Program-made: the position numbers and the translations under genes
Part shown: positions 19,851 to 29,578 of the stretch, in pieces
How the letters are laid out: the number at the start of each line of letters is the position of its first letter
Numbering within the stretch: the first letter of the stretch is position 1
NCBI GenBank assembly: GCA_963822585.1
Contig: CAWGIE010000035.1
Span: 32,001-96,000, forward strand
DNA: 64,000 nt
Direction of reading: 5' to 3'
Source of the DNA: an uncultured bacterium
Lineage (GTDB): Bacteria; Auribacterota; Erginobacteria; Erginobacterales; Erginobacteraceae
Notes under the pieces: generated by a model
The model's database searches: none
Told to the model about the DNA's origin: nothing
What the model saw: the letters and a program-made list of their open reading frames with translations, nothing else

Positions 19851-22301
19851 ATGAAAAAAGATCAGCCAGAGAAGGATCGGCCGCAAGATCTGGAAGATTT
19901 CCGCCGCCGACAGGTGGAGTTTCTCAAAGTTGCCGCCCACCAGATCAGGTCCCCCGTCAATACCATTCTGACCTCCCTGCGGACCCTTCTGGATGGGTAC
20001 GCCGAGCCCCTCAGCGCCGCTCAGCAGGCGATCCTTGAAGGAGCGGAGCGAAAGACCCGGGAGTCACTGCATCTGATCAGTTATATTCTGGAATTATCCC
20101 GGATGGACCGGGTAACCCCCCGGGACTTCACCCCGATTGACCTGAACCAGATGACGGTGGATATCGTCTCCGCCTTCGAAGAACAGGTCCGGAAGAGAAA
20201 GCTGGCCTTCGAGGTCAGGATACCCCGGAAGCTTCCCCGGGTTATGGGGTACGCCCCCGGTCTCCGGGCGGCCATCACCAACCTGCTCGACAATGCTTTT
20301 AAATATACCCCCCGGGACGGAAAAGTGCGTTTCCTGCTCGGTTATGACTATCCCCGCGGGATCCTGTCCGGGAAAGTGATCGACAGTGGGATCGGCATTC
20401 CCCTCAAGGACCAGGAGTTCATCTTCCAGGAATTTTTCCGGGCCTCCAATGCGGTCAAACTGACTCGTTCCGGGAGCGGGCTGGGGATGAGCATCATCAA
20501 GCGGGCGGTCGATCTGCACCACGGCCGGATCTCGCTGAAAAGCGGGGGAGGGGCGGGGACCGCGATCGAATTTGAGATTCCGCTGACCCTGGCCGGTCCG
20601 GGCACGGAGGAGAAGTCAGGGGAAGAAACCGGGCTCCGGATCGTGGTCATCGGCGGTGTGGCCGCCGGTCCCAAGGCGGCCGCCAAGGCTCGCCGCAATG
20701 ACCAGCGGGCGTCGATTACGATAGTGGAAAGGGGAATATTTCTCTCCTACAGCGGCTGCGGTCTCCCCTACTACATTTCCGGGAAGGTAAACGATCAGAA
20801 GGATCTGATGACCACCGTGATCGGCGTTCATCGGGATCCGGAGTATTTCCGGATGCTGAAAAATATCCGGGTGCTGAATCAAACGGAGGCGGTTGCCATC
20901 GATCGGGAAGCCCGGACGGTAACGGTTAAAAACCTCCGCGACGGGGAGGAGTACCGGATTCCCTACGACCGGCTGGTTCTCACCACCGGTTCCCGGGCCC
21001 TGCTCCCCGATCTGCCGGGTCTGGACCTCAAGAACATCTTCACCCTCCACCGGATTAGGGACGCGGAAAGTCTCCGGGCCATCCTCCGGGAAGAGATGGC
21101 CAAGGACGCCGTGATCGTGGGAGGAGGACTGATCGGCACCGAGACCGCGGAGGCTCTGACCGAGGCCGGCGCCCGGGTCACCGTGGTTGAGGAACGGGAT
21201 CATATCCTGACCATGCTCGATACCGAGATCTCGGCGCTGGTTGAAAAGCACATGAGACATAACGGCGTCAAGGTCTATACCGGGACCAGTGTCGAGCGCT
21301 TTGTGGGCGACGGGAAGGTGAAGAAGGTGATCACCGATCGGGAGGACCTCCCGGCCGATTTTGTCCTGATGGCCACCGGTGTCGGGCCCGAGGTCAGCCT
21401 GGCCGCAGGAGCCGGCCTGGCCATCGGATCGAGCGGCGCGATTAAAGTCGATAAATATCTGCGCACCTCGGATCCCAATATCTACGCGGGAGGGGATTGC
21501 GTGGAGAGCGTCGATTTGATAACCGGGGACCCGGTTTATATTCCCCTGGGGAGCACGGCCAACAAGCACGGCCGGATCATCGGGATCAACGTCACCGGCG
21601 GAAAAGAGAGTTTTCCCGGCATTGCCGGGACAACCATTCTCAAGGTTTTTGACTATAACGTGGCCCGGGTCGGACTGACGGCCGCGCAGGCCGAGAGGCG
21701 CGGCTACCGGGTGGAAACTTCCCTCTGCCCGGCGCCCGATAAGGCTCATTTCTATCCCGGCTCCCGTCTGATCGTGGTCAAGCTGGTCGTGGACCGGGAT
21801 TCCGAGCGGCTGCTGGGGGCGCAGGTGGTGGGGCCGGGGGATGTCTCCAAGCGGATCGACGTCGCCGCCGCCGTGATCTCCAAGCAGGGCACCGTCGGCG
21901 ATCTGGCCAAGCTTGATCTTGCCTACGCGCCGCCCTACTCGGAAGCGATCGACTGTATCGCTCAAGCCGCCAACATCCTGAAAAATAAGCTGGCCGGGCT
22001 CTATACGGGCATATCGCCGCTGGAGGTGGCCGAGAAACTCGCCCGGCGCGATGACCTGCTCCTGATCGACGTCAGTACCGAGGAAGAATACGAAGCGGAG
22101 AGCATCCCCGGCAGCCGTCTCATCCCGCTCGGCACTCTTCGGGGAAGACTCGGTGAACTGCCCCCGGACCGGGAAATAATTCTGGTCTGTTCCAACGGCA
22201 TCCGCTCCTATGAAGCCGCCCTGATCCTGCAATCGGAGGGGTTTCTCCAGGTCAAGGCCATGGACGGGGGATTGGTGACCTGGCCCTTCGCCAAGCGCTG
22301 A
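19851..22301 (+). CDS. Fusion of histidine kinase (HisKA + HATPase), CoA-disulfide reductase-family flavoprotein and rhodanese domain
   Basis: AAHQIRSP, NLLDNAFKYT, DSGIGI, GSGLG; then IVVIGGVAAG, SYSGCGLPY, GGGLIG.E, IYAGGD, LAYAPPYS; then rhodanese C-SNG.RS and GG...W. Confidence 0.88.
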   Translation: MKKDQPEKDRPQDLEDFRRRQVEFLKVAAHQIRSPVNTILTSLRTLLDGYAEPLSAAQQAILEGAERKTRESLHLISYILELSRMDRVTPRDFTPIDLNQMTVDIVSAFEEQVRKRKLAFEVRIPRKLPRVMGYAPGLRAAITNLLDNAFKYTPRDGKVRFLLGYDYPRGILSGKVIDSGIGIPLKDQEFIFQEFFRASNAVKLTRSGSGLGMSIIKRAVDLHHGRISLKSGGGAGTAIEFEIPLTLAGPGTEEKSGEETGLRIVVIGGVAAGPKAAAKARRNDQRASITIVERGIFLSYSGCGLPYYISGKVNDQKDLMTTVIGVHRDPEYFRMLKNIRVLNQTEAVAIDREARTVTVKNLRDGEEYRIPYDRLVLTTGSRALLPDLPGLDLKNIFTLHRIRDAESLRAILREEMAKDAVIVGGGLIGTETAEALTEAGARVTVVEERDHILTMLDTEISALVEKHMRHNGVKVYTGTSVERFVGDGKVKKVITDREDLPADFVLMATGVGPEVSLAAGAGLAIGSSGAIKVDKYLRTSDPNIYAGGDCVESVDLITGDPVYIPLGSTANKHGRIIGINVTGGKESFPGIAGTTILKVFDYNVARVGLTAAQAERRGYRVETSLCPAPDKAHFYPGSRLIVVKLVVDRDSERLLGAQVVGPGDVSKRIDVAAAVISKQGTVGDLAKLDLAYAPPYSEAIDCIAQAANILKNKLAGLYTGISPLEVAEKLARRDDLLLIDVSTEEEYEAESIPGSRLIPLGTLRGRLGELPPDREIILVCSNGIRSYEAALILQSEGFLQVKAMDGGLVTWPFAKR

Positions 22302-22310
22302 CCCCCCTGA

Positions 22311-22800
22311 GTCCACTAATTACACGAATTAACACTAATGTTCCCCCCCCACCTCGCCCCCTTTTGAAACAGACGATTGAATGTGATTGGAGGAGAATAA
22401 TGCTGGCGGCCGCAATTTTTCGTTCGACGTTGGACGTTGAACGTTCGACGTTGGAAGTTCATCTTTTTTCCCCCGCCTCGCCCCCTTTTTTAAACTACGA
22501 ATTACGCGAATTACACGAAACACCCCCCGCCTCCCCCCCGATAAGAACCCCGATTGAACTTCGGGGGGGGGCCATACGATTGTCGTAGATCCGGCAGTTT
22601 TTGACGGAAATGTGATGGAATAGGATGTATGATTTCGGCTGCAATTTTTCGTTCGACGTTCGACGTTGAACGTTCGACGTTGGAAGTTCATCTTTTCTTC
22701 CCTCGCCCCCTTTTGAGTCCACTAATTTCACGAATTTCCACTATTCCTTTGGTCCTGTCTGTCTTGGGCCGTTCGACGTTTGACGTTCAGTTTTTCCTTT
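22311..22800. repeat. Two further copies of the CCTCGCCCCC/AACGTTCG element plus CGAATTA repeats
   Basis: 22343-22484 is the reverse complement of 19693-19834 with a variable middle; a degenerate copy at ~22595-22710. Confidence 0.85.
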
Positions 22801-22860
22801 ACTGCCGGACGGCTTACGTGTACCCTTCACCTTCCCCCTAACCAGGCAAGGAGCGTTCAT

Positions 22861-24741
22861 ATGAGTTCAGCACAAAAGATCATCAAGGAAAAATGTACAT
22901 CCGCCGGTTTTGACCGGCTGATGGCGCTCGATAACCCGCTGTTGCATGAGTTTGTGGCCAAATATCTGCTGCTCTGTAATCCGGACAGGGTCTATGTCGC
23001 CGATGATTCTGAAGAGAGCACCGAGTATATCCGGGCGGCGGCCCTGGCAACGGGAGAAGAGAAGAAACTGGCGATTGAAGGGCACACCATCCACTTCGAC
23101 GGCAGTCAGGACCAGGCCCGCGACAAGGGAGGCACCCGGTACCTCCTCCCTCCCGGTCTCGATCTCGGACCCCGGATCAGTTCCGTCGACAAGGAAAAGG
23201 GTTTGAGCGAGATTCAGGGTTTTTTGCAGGGGAGCATGAAAGGGAAGGAATGTTTTATTCTCTTTTTCTGCCTCAGCCCGACTTTCTCCGAGTTCTCCAT
23301 CCCCTGCGTTCAGATTACCGACTCCAGCTATGTCGCTCACTCCGAAACCATCCTCTACCGCCGTGGCTATGAGTACTTCAAAAGCATCGGGGACTCGAAG
23401 GATTTTTTCCGGTTCGTGCACAGCGCCGGGGAACTGGAGGGAGCCGTCAGTAAAAATGTTCAGGACCGGAGGGTGTATATTGATATCGAGGAAGACATCG
23501 TCTACAGCACCAATACCCAATACGCCGGCAATACCGTGGGGTTGAAAAAACTCGCCCTTCGCCTTGCCATCAAGAAAGCCTCACGCGAGGACTGGCTGGC
23601 CGAGCATATGCTCCTGATGGGGGTTCACGGGCCCCAGGGCCGGGTGACCTATTTCTCCGGCGCCTTCCCCAGCGCCTGCGGGAAGACCTCGACCGCCATG
23701 TGCCCCGGCGAGACGATCGTGGGAGACGACATCGCCTACCTCCGGCTGCGGGACGGCGCCTGCGTTGCCGCCAATGTGGAGGCGGGTATTTTCGGAATTA
23801 TTCAGGACGTCAGCCGGAAAGACGATCCGGTCATCTGGGAGGCCCTCTCCACACCGGGCGAGGTTATCTTCAGCAACGTTCTGGTCACAGGAGACGGGGT
23901 CCCTTACTGGCTGGGGGACGGGCGGGAAACCCCCGAACGGGGCGTGAATTTCTCCGGGAAATGGGAGCGGGGGAAGAAGGACGGGAAGGGCAATCCCATC
24001 CCCTGCGCCCACAAGAACGCCCGCTATACGGTCAGCCTCTCCCGGCTTCGCAACCTCGACCCCCGGGCCGACGATCCCCGGGGGGTGGAGCTCTCCGGGA
24101 TCCTGTACGGCGGCCGCGATTCCGACACCTGGGTACCGGTTGAGAGGGCTTTCGGCTGGGACCACGGGGTCGTCACCAAAGGCGCGGCCATCGAATCGGA
24201 GACCACCGCGGCGACCCTGGGCGAGCAGGGAGTGAGAAAGTTCAACATCATGTCCAACCTCGATTTCCTGGCTATCCCGCTGGCCCGCTATATCGAGGCG
24301 TATCTAGACTTCGGAAAGACCCTCGCCCGGCCCCCGGTCATCTTCTCGGTTAACTATTTTCTCAAAGGGGATGACGGGAACTATCTCAACGGCCACGAGG
24401 ACAAGCGGGTCTGGCTGAAGTGGATGGAACTCTCGGTCAATGACGACGTGGGGATGATTGAAACACCGACCGGGTTTATCCCCGACTACCCCGACCTGAA
24501 ACGGCTTTTCCGCCAGGTCCTGGATAAGGAATACACGGAAGAAGATTATGTCCGGCAATTCTCATCCCGGGTCCCGGAAAGTCTGGCCAAGATCGAGCGC
24601 ATGCGGGAGATCTATAACGCCGAAGTCGTCCGGCCGCCCAAGGTCTTTTACCGGATATTCGAGGACCAGAAAAAGAGGCTGGAAGAGGCCCGGTCCCGAT
24701 ATGGCGATTGTGTCTCCCCTTTTGATCTTCCCCGGGCTTAA
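22861..24741 (+). CDS. pckG: Phosphoenolpyruvate carboxykinase (GTP)
   Basis: YAGN..GLKK, WLAEHM, AFPSACGKT, VGDDIA, N.EAG.FG, NARYT, GGRD, VNYF motifs; AAGGAG RBS. Confidence 0.95.
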   Translation: MSSAQKIIKEKCTSAGFDRLMALDNPLLHEFVAKYLLLCNPDRVYVADDSEESTEYIRAAALATGEEKKLAIEGHTIHFDGSQDQARDKGGTRYLLPPGLDLGPRISSVDKEKGLSEIQGFLQGSMKGKECFILFFCLSPTFSEFSIPCVQITDSSYVAHSETILYRRGYEYFKSIGDSKDFFRFVHSAGELEGAVSKNVQDRRVYIDIEEDIVYSTNTQYAGNTVGLKKLALRLAIKKASREDWLAEHMLLMGVHGPQGRVTYFSGAFPSACGKTSTAMCPGETIVGDDIAYLRLRDGACVAANVEAGIFGIIQDVSRKDDPVIWEALSTPGEVIFSNVLVTGDGVPYWLGDGRETPERGVNFSGKWERGKKDGKGNPIPCAHKNARYTVSLSRLRNLDPRADDPRGVELSGILYGGRDSDTWVPVERAFGWDHGVVTKGAAIESETTAATLGEQGVRKFNIMSNLDFLAIPLARYIEAYLDFGKTLARPPVIFSVNYFLKGDDGNYLNGHEDKRVWLKWMELSVNDDVGMIETPTGFIPDYPDLKRLFRQVLDKEYTEEDYVRQFSSRVPESLAKIERMREIYNAEVVRPPKVFYRIFEDQKKRLEEARSRYGDCVSPFDLPRA

Positions 24742-24815
24742 TTTAGGGAGTAAATGTTGATATCGCGCCAGTAATTATTTGATTGACAGAGGTATTCTTA
24801 ATCGCTGGAAAGATC

Positions 24816-24997
24816 AAAATCACAAATTACAAATCCCAAATAACAAACAAATTCCAATAACCAAAATTCAAAATCCCAAACATATTCCAATAATAAAATT
24901 TTGATAGTGGATGCTCGGTTATGCGGGAGTTTGTTTGGAATTTGGATATTTGAATTTGTAATTTATTTGGGATTTGGTGCTTGGGATTTGGAATTTA
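24816..24997. repeat. AT-rich inverted heptamer-type repeat element
   Basis: caaattacaaatcccaaataacaaacaaattcc ... ggaatttggatatttgaatttgtaatttatttgggatttgg between convergent genes. Confidence 0.8.
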
Positions 24998-25056
24998 TAC
25001 CATATAGCTTAAGGGACATTTGTTTCTCATGATTAAGATTTGAAGCTATATGGTAA

Positions 25057-26583
25057 TTATCTTCTCATCCGCTGCATCCGGCTGACGGCCATGTCCTCGC
25101 CGTGTTCTTCCCGGTACTCGATCCGCCGGATCGCTCTCTGGACGCTCCGGCGGGAACTCTCGTCGTCGGCGGCGATACCGTTCAGAAATTCTATCTCTTC
25201 CTTCCCCCCGGCGGCGCCCAGTCCATTGATGATCTCCCGTTTCACTCCGTCGGAAGGGTTCGAGGCCCAGGTTCCCTTAAGAAAGGGGAGCACCTCATTC
25301 CTGATAAGTTCGTCCGGCGCGCTCTCCAGCCGCCGGTTGTTCATCATTGCCAGGGCCTGTCCGGCCAGTACCCGGCTTTCCGGATCCTCCCCGTAGTTCA
25401 TGAGATTGACGCAGTCAAGGGCCGCTTCCGTTCCTCCGAATCTCCCCAGAGCGGCGGCGGCGGTGCCCCGCATTTCTTCGTCCCCGGCGTTTTTACTGGA
25501 AAGCACCCGGACCAGGGCCTGATCCGCCGTCGCCAGTCCGGTCTCGGAGAGGGCCATGAGCGCTCTTCTTTTGGCTCCGGCATCGCCGGAACCCGAGATA
25601 ACGCTGTCCAGATAGGGCACGACATTGTCGGCCAACAGGTTCTCGCAGTCGGCGTCGTCCAGCCGCGCGTTCATTCTCCCCAGGGCATAGGCGGCCATAA
25701 TCCGTTCGTCGTCCTGGAAACTGCTGTTATAGAGGTCCCGGAGCGCGGTCATCGTTTCCGCGTCGCCGTTGTCTCCCAGGGCGGCGGCCCCGGCCCATCC
25801 CACTCTTCGCCCGCCGGGAGCGGACCATAAGCCGGCCAGCTTCTCCAGCGCCTTTTTTCCTCCGTCGATGCCGAGCGAATAAACCGCGGCCCGGGCCACT
25901 CTCCCGTCGCTGTCCGCCGTCGCCTCCTCCAGAAAGGCGAGCGAATCTTTTGTCCTGACTTCGCCCATGGTATAGAGGCAGGCCAGGCGGATGTCACGAG
26001 AGGCTTCACCCCGGTAGGTTTTTTCCAGGAAGGGAAATACCTCTTTTTTCAGGATCCCTTCCAGTTCCGGATCCCGGAGGTCCCGGTTGATCGCCCCCAG
26101 TGTCCGGGCCGCGGTCAGACGGTTGGTCAGCGAGTCGCTTTCCCGGAAGACGGCGATCAGCTGTTTGATATCCTTCTTCCCCGCGTCCTTGAGTTCGTTG
26201 AGGAGGGCGTGGATCTCGGCATTATCCCCGGACAGATAAACGGCGGGCCAGCGGGCCAGAAGCGCTTCGATTTCTCCCCCCTCGGCAGCCGGAAGAGCGG
26301 CGGCCACTTCCTCTTCCTCGGGAGGCGGGGGCGATTCCGACTCTTCGGAGGATTCCGCCGTTGATTTTACCGTCGTCGCGGCGGAGACGGACTTTGCGGT
26401 AACCTTCTCCGGCCGGACCGCGGCCGCATTCAGCGGCGTCGTTTCCTTTGCTTTTGCCGCCGTTGTGATCGTTTTGATCTTCCCGGCTGCCGGAACGGTC
26501 GTCACCTCGGGGCGATGGAGCAGGAGAGTGCCGAAAACCCCCAGAAGTCCCCCGGCTACCAGTCCGATGATCAGATTTTTCAT
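25057..26583 (-). CDS. Membrane-anchored HEAT-repeat protein
   Basis: N-terminal TM, Ala/Thr/Glu linker, repeated R..AA.ALG helical units. Confidence 0.8.
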   Translation of the reverse strand: MKNLIIGLVAGGLLGVFGTLLLHRPEVTTVPAAGKIKTITTAAKAKETTPLNAAAVRPEKVTAKSVSAATTVKSTAESSEESESPPPPEEEEVAAALPAAEGGEIEALLARWPAVYLSGDNAEIHALLNELKDAGKKDIKQLIAVFRESDSLTNRLTAARTLGAINRDLRDPELEGILKKEVFPFLEKTYRGEASRDIRLACLYTMGEVRTKDSLAFLEEATADSDGRVARAAVYSLGIDGGKKALEKLAGLWSAPGGRRVGWAGAAALGDNGDAETMTALRDLYNSSFQDDERIMAAYALGRMNARLDDADCENLLADNVVPYLDSVISGSGDAGAKRRALMALSETGLATADQALVRVLSSKNAGDEEMRGTAAAALGRFGGTEAALDCVNLMNYGEDPESRVLAGQALAMMNNRRLESAPDELIRNEVLPFLKGTWASNPSDGVKREIINGLGAAGGKEEIEFLNGIAADDESSRRSVQRAIRRIEYREEHGEDMAVSRMQRMRR

Positions 26584-26781
26584 TTTAATTTTTACTCCGT
26601 AAAAATTAAATTGATTGTGATAAAAGTGAGAGTCTATTTAGTATGTACAAGCTAAAAAAATTATACCATCCTGAATGGGGGAAAGCTATCTTTACTGTTT
26701 AGAAAGAGAAAATTCACTAAATGAGCGCCGGAGACGCTCATTTCGGTGCCTGGATAACGACATCCGACACCAAGGAGAACT

Positions 26782-27321
26782 ATGATGAAAATAATAGCCG
26801 GCGAATCAATGATCGAACTGGTTCGGGGGGACATCACGGCGCAGGAGGTGGACGCGATCGTCAACGCCGCCAACTCCTCGCTCCTCGGGGGGGGCGGGGT
26901 GGACGGGGCGATCCACCGGGCCGCCGGCCCGGAGCTGCTGGAAGAGTGCCGCGGGGTGGGGGGGTGTCCAACCGGCCAGGCCCGGTTGACGAAGGGCTAT
27001 CGCCTGCCGGCGAAGTACGTTATCCACACGGTGGGGCCGATCTACCGGGGCGGAGACCGGGGCGAGGCCGAGCTGCTCGCCTCCGCTTACCGGGAAAGCC
27101 TGAAGCTGGCCTCGGCCTCGGGGATCAAAACGGTGGCCTTCCCCTCGATCAGTACCGGGGCCTATGGGTATCCGATCGAGGAGGCCGCCAATATCGCCCT
27201 CCCGACCGTGATGGAGTACCTGCTCGATCACCCGGAGATCGAGCTGGTCCGTTTCGTTCTCTTCTCCGAACGGGATTACCATACCTACCAATCGATTCTG
27301 GAAGAGCTGGATATAAGCTGA
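26782..27321 (+). CDS. ymdB: O-acetyl-ADP-ribose deacetylase (macrodomain)
   Basis: GDIT..EVDAIVNAANSSLLGGGGVDGAIHRAAG, VIHTVGP, AFPSISTGAYGYP. Confidence 0.93.
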   Translation: MMKIIAGESMIELVRGDITAQEVDAIVNAANSSLLGGGGVDGAIHRAAGPELLEECRGVGGCPTGQARLTKGYRLPAKYVIHTVGPIYRGGDRGEAELLASAYRESLKLASASGIKTVAFPSISTGAYGYPIEEAANIALPTVMEYLLDHPEIELVRFVLFSERDYHTYQSILEELDIS

Positions 27322-27326
27322 CTGAT

Positions 27327-27494
27327 AAACCACGAAGGACACGAAGAACACGAAGGGAGAAGGGAAAAGAGCGTCATTCTTCCCATTCCCGGGCTTCATG
27401 GGAAAATATACAGTCTCTTATTATCCGGAGAGCGTGGTTAAAGGTATCGGCCATTTTTTACCATCCTTCGTGTTCTTCATGTCCTTCGTGGTTT
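27327..27494. repeat. CACGAAG inverted-repeat element
   Basis: aaaccacgaaggacacgaagaacacgaagg ... ccttcgtgttcttcatgtccttcgtggttt. Confidence 0.9.
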
Positions 27495-27532
27495 CATCCT
27501 CCGGCTGGTAAATGCTCGGGGTTGTCAATAGA

Positions 27533-29413
27533 ATGAGTCCCGGACCCGTCAGGATATTTGCGGTATGGGTAACAGGATTGCCGGTGCTGCTTTCGCTTGC
27601 CGGGGTATCGGCGGCGCGGGAGGAGGTTCTGGAACTTCCGGAGGTGGTCGTGCGGGCGGAGCAGATCGCCGACACGATACCCTCCGGAACCTACGCCGCC
27701 CCGGTGACCGCCCTCCGCTTCGACCCGGTTGTCGACCTCCAGACCAGGAACACCGCCGAGGCCCAGGCCGACTCTTCCATCCGGGGGGGCATCTTTTCCC
27801 AGTCCGGTTTCCGGACCGGGGCGGTAACCCTCCTCGATCCGCAGACCGGACACTACAATGCCGAGATCCCGATCTCCCCTCTGATGCTGACTCTCCCCGC
27901 GGTCCTGCCCGGTCTGGAGAACGCCCTCTCGGGTTTTGATTCCACCGCCGGCACGGTCGAATACTCCTGGAAGCCGATCGAAACCGGAGGAGAGGCGCTG
28001 GCCGGAGCGGGCGATCACCGTTTCAACCTCCAGCACGTGTACGCGGCCTTTTTCCGCGAGATGCCGGCAGCGCTCTCCGGAGCGGGGGATGAGATCGGGT
28101 TCGATCTTGACCTGGCCCGATCGGAGGGAGACGGCACTCGGCCGGAGGGGGACTATGATTTTCAGCGGTTGGGGGGACGCCTGCAGTTCCGCGGGGACCG
28201 CTCCCAGACCGACCTCTACGGCGGTTACCAGTCAAAGTTTTTCGGCTGGCCCGACATGTACACCCCGGAAGATTTCCTCCCCACGGACGAGACGGAGAGC
28301 CTGTATACCACACTGGTCTGCGTCAATCACCGGCGTGAATACGGGAAAACAAGTTACCTGGAGATCGGCGCCGTCTATCGCCAGAACAGCGATCATTACG
28401 TTCTGCAGCGCGACGACCCGGCTCTGTACCATGCCTTCCACCGGACCCGGGTCTGGTCGGCCGGGATCGGCGGCCGGCAGGAAGGCGATTTATTTTCCCT
28501 GAATTATGACGGCCGGATATCGGTTGATAACCTGACCTCGACCGCGATCACCTTCAGTCCCTATTATTCCCGGACGCTCGCCAAGTTCTCCCTGCTTCCC
28601 GAGAAGACCGTTTCCATCGGTTCCGGGCTCGGTCTCTCCCTGGGGGCCGGGGCCTCGATCGACGGCTCCAACCGGATGGCCTCCACGGTTTCGCCACTCG
28701 CCCGGGTGTCCCTTCTTCAGGAACTTTCCGACGGGGGGAGGAACCGGTACTACTGCGGTTACGCCGGCTCCAGCCAGCTTCCCAGCTATACGGCCCTCGG
28801 TTCCCCCTCCTCCGGCATCTTCGGGGGTAACCCCGACCTGGGTATTGAGCGGAGCCGCGCGGTTGAGGCGGGAGTAGACCTCCTTCGCCCCTCGTGGGGG
28901 TTGCACGCCGCCGTCTTTTACCGGGATGATGATGATCTGGTCGACTGGACCTACCGGCAGGAGTCACCGAACGCCCGCACCGCCAACGCCGTGGATATCA
29001 GGACCTGGGGGGGAGAGATAACAATCGATAAAAGGTGGAAGGACCTCGGCCTCGTCCTCGGGTACACCTGCCTGAAAAAATCGTCCGACTATGCCGACCC
29101 GGAGATCGACGCCAGTTTCTACGCGCTCAATTATCCCCGCCACCGTTTTACGGCCTCTCTGGTTTTTCGCTTCCTCGACCAGTTCGAGCTGCGATCCGAT
29201 AACGAATACCGCGTCCAGGAGCCGAACGCCCTCCGTTCCGGCCGCGATGACGCCCTGCTCTCCCTGATCAGCCTCGCCTGGCTCCCCCCCTGGGTTCCGG
29301 GTTTGGAGGTTACCGCTTCCATCGACAATCCGTTCCAGGTCAATTTCCAGGAGATCCCCGGGGTCCCGGGCCCCGGCCGTCAGTTCGCCCTCCGCGGCGC
29401 CTACCGCTGGTAA
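27533..29413 (+). CDS. TonB-dependent outer-membrane receptor (plug and barrel)
   Basis: Signal peptide, LPEVVV.A TonB box, Q.D.SIRGG and DPQTGH plug motifs, C-terminal GR.F...AYRW. Confidence 0.88.
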   Translation: MSPGPVRIFAVWVTGLPVLLSLAGVSAAREEVLELPEVVVRAEQIADTIPSGTYAAPVTALRFDPVVDLQTRNTAEAQADSSIRGGIFSQSGFRTGAVTLLDPQTGHYNAEIPISPLMLTLPAVLPGLENALSGFDSTAGTVEYSWKPIETGGEALAGAGDHRFNLQHVYAAFFREMPAALSGAGDEIGFDLDLARSEGDGTRPEGDYDFQRLGGRLQFRGDRSQTDLYGGYQSKFFGWPDMYTPEDFLPTDETESLYTTLVCVNHRREYGKTSYLEIGAVYRQNSDHYVLQRDDPALYHAFHRTRVWSAGIGGRQEGDLFSLNYDGRISVDNLTSTAITFSPYYSRTLAKFSLLPEKTVSIGSGLGLSLGAGASIDGSNRMASTVSPLARVSLLQELSDGGRNRYYCGYAGSSQLPSYTALGSPSSGIFGGNPDLGIERSRAVEAGVDLLRPSWGLHAAVFYRDDDDLVDWTYRQESPNARTANAVDIRTWGGEITIDKRWKDLGLVLGYTCLKKSSDYADPEIDASFYALNYPRHRFTASLVFRFLDQFELRSDNEYRVQEPNALRSGRDDALLSLISLAWLPPWVPGLEVTASIDNPFQVNFQEIPGVPGPGRQFALRGAYRW

Positions 29414-29578
29414 CATACGGCTTCTCCACCCGTATGAGAACAGACGATGGAATGTGATTGAATATGATTGATCCCCTGTCACGTCCTGATTTAAAGTTGT
29501 CACTTTTTTCTGGGTACTACCCTTTATTTTTTCCTCACTGATAGCTCTCTTCCCTCCTCCGGAGGAGGGAAGACGCGT

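Noticed and set aside
20616..22316. Long antisense ORFs (also 11834-13486, 36949-38169, 41450-42736, 48310-49710)
   Set aside because: They shadow well-supported genes on the opposite strand, as expected in high-GC DNA, and have no motifs of their own
22335..22841. Short ORFs in repeat-rich gaps (also 19534-19773, 30724-31119, 33672-34277, 44900-45179)
   Set aside because: Translations are mostly read-outs of the tandem repeats (e.g. RSTLDVERST) or antisense overlap with real genes
26782..27321. Macrodomain as part of a DarTG or other defence system
   Set aside because: Typical stand-alone YmdB-like sequence with no adjacent ADP-ribosyltransferase or toxin
27321..27533. Cobalamin or other riboswitch before the TonB-dependent receptor
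   Set aside because: The gap is filled by a CACGAAG element and lacks a recognisable B12 box
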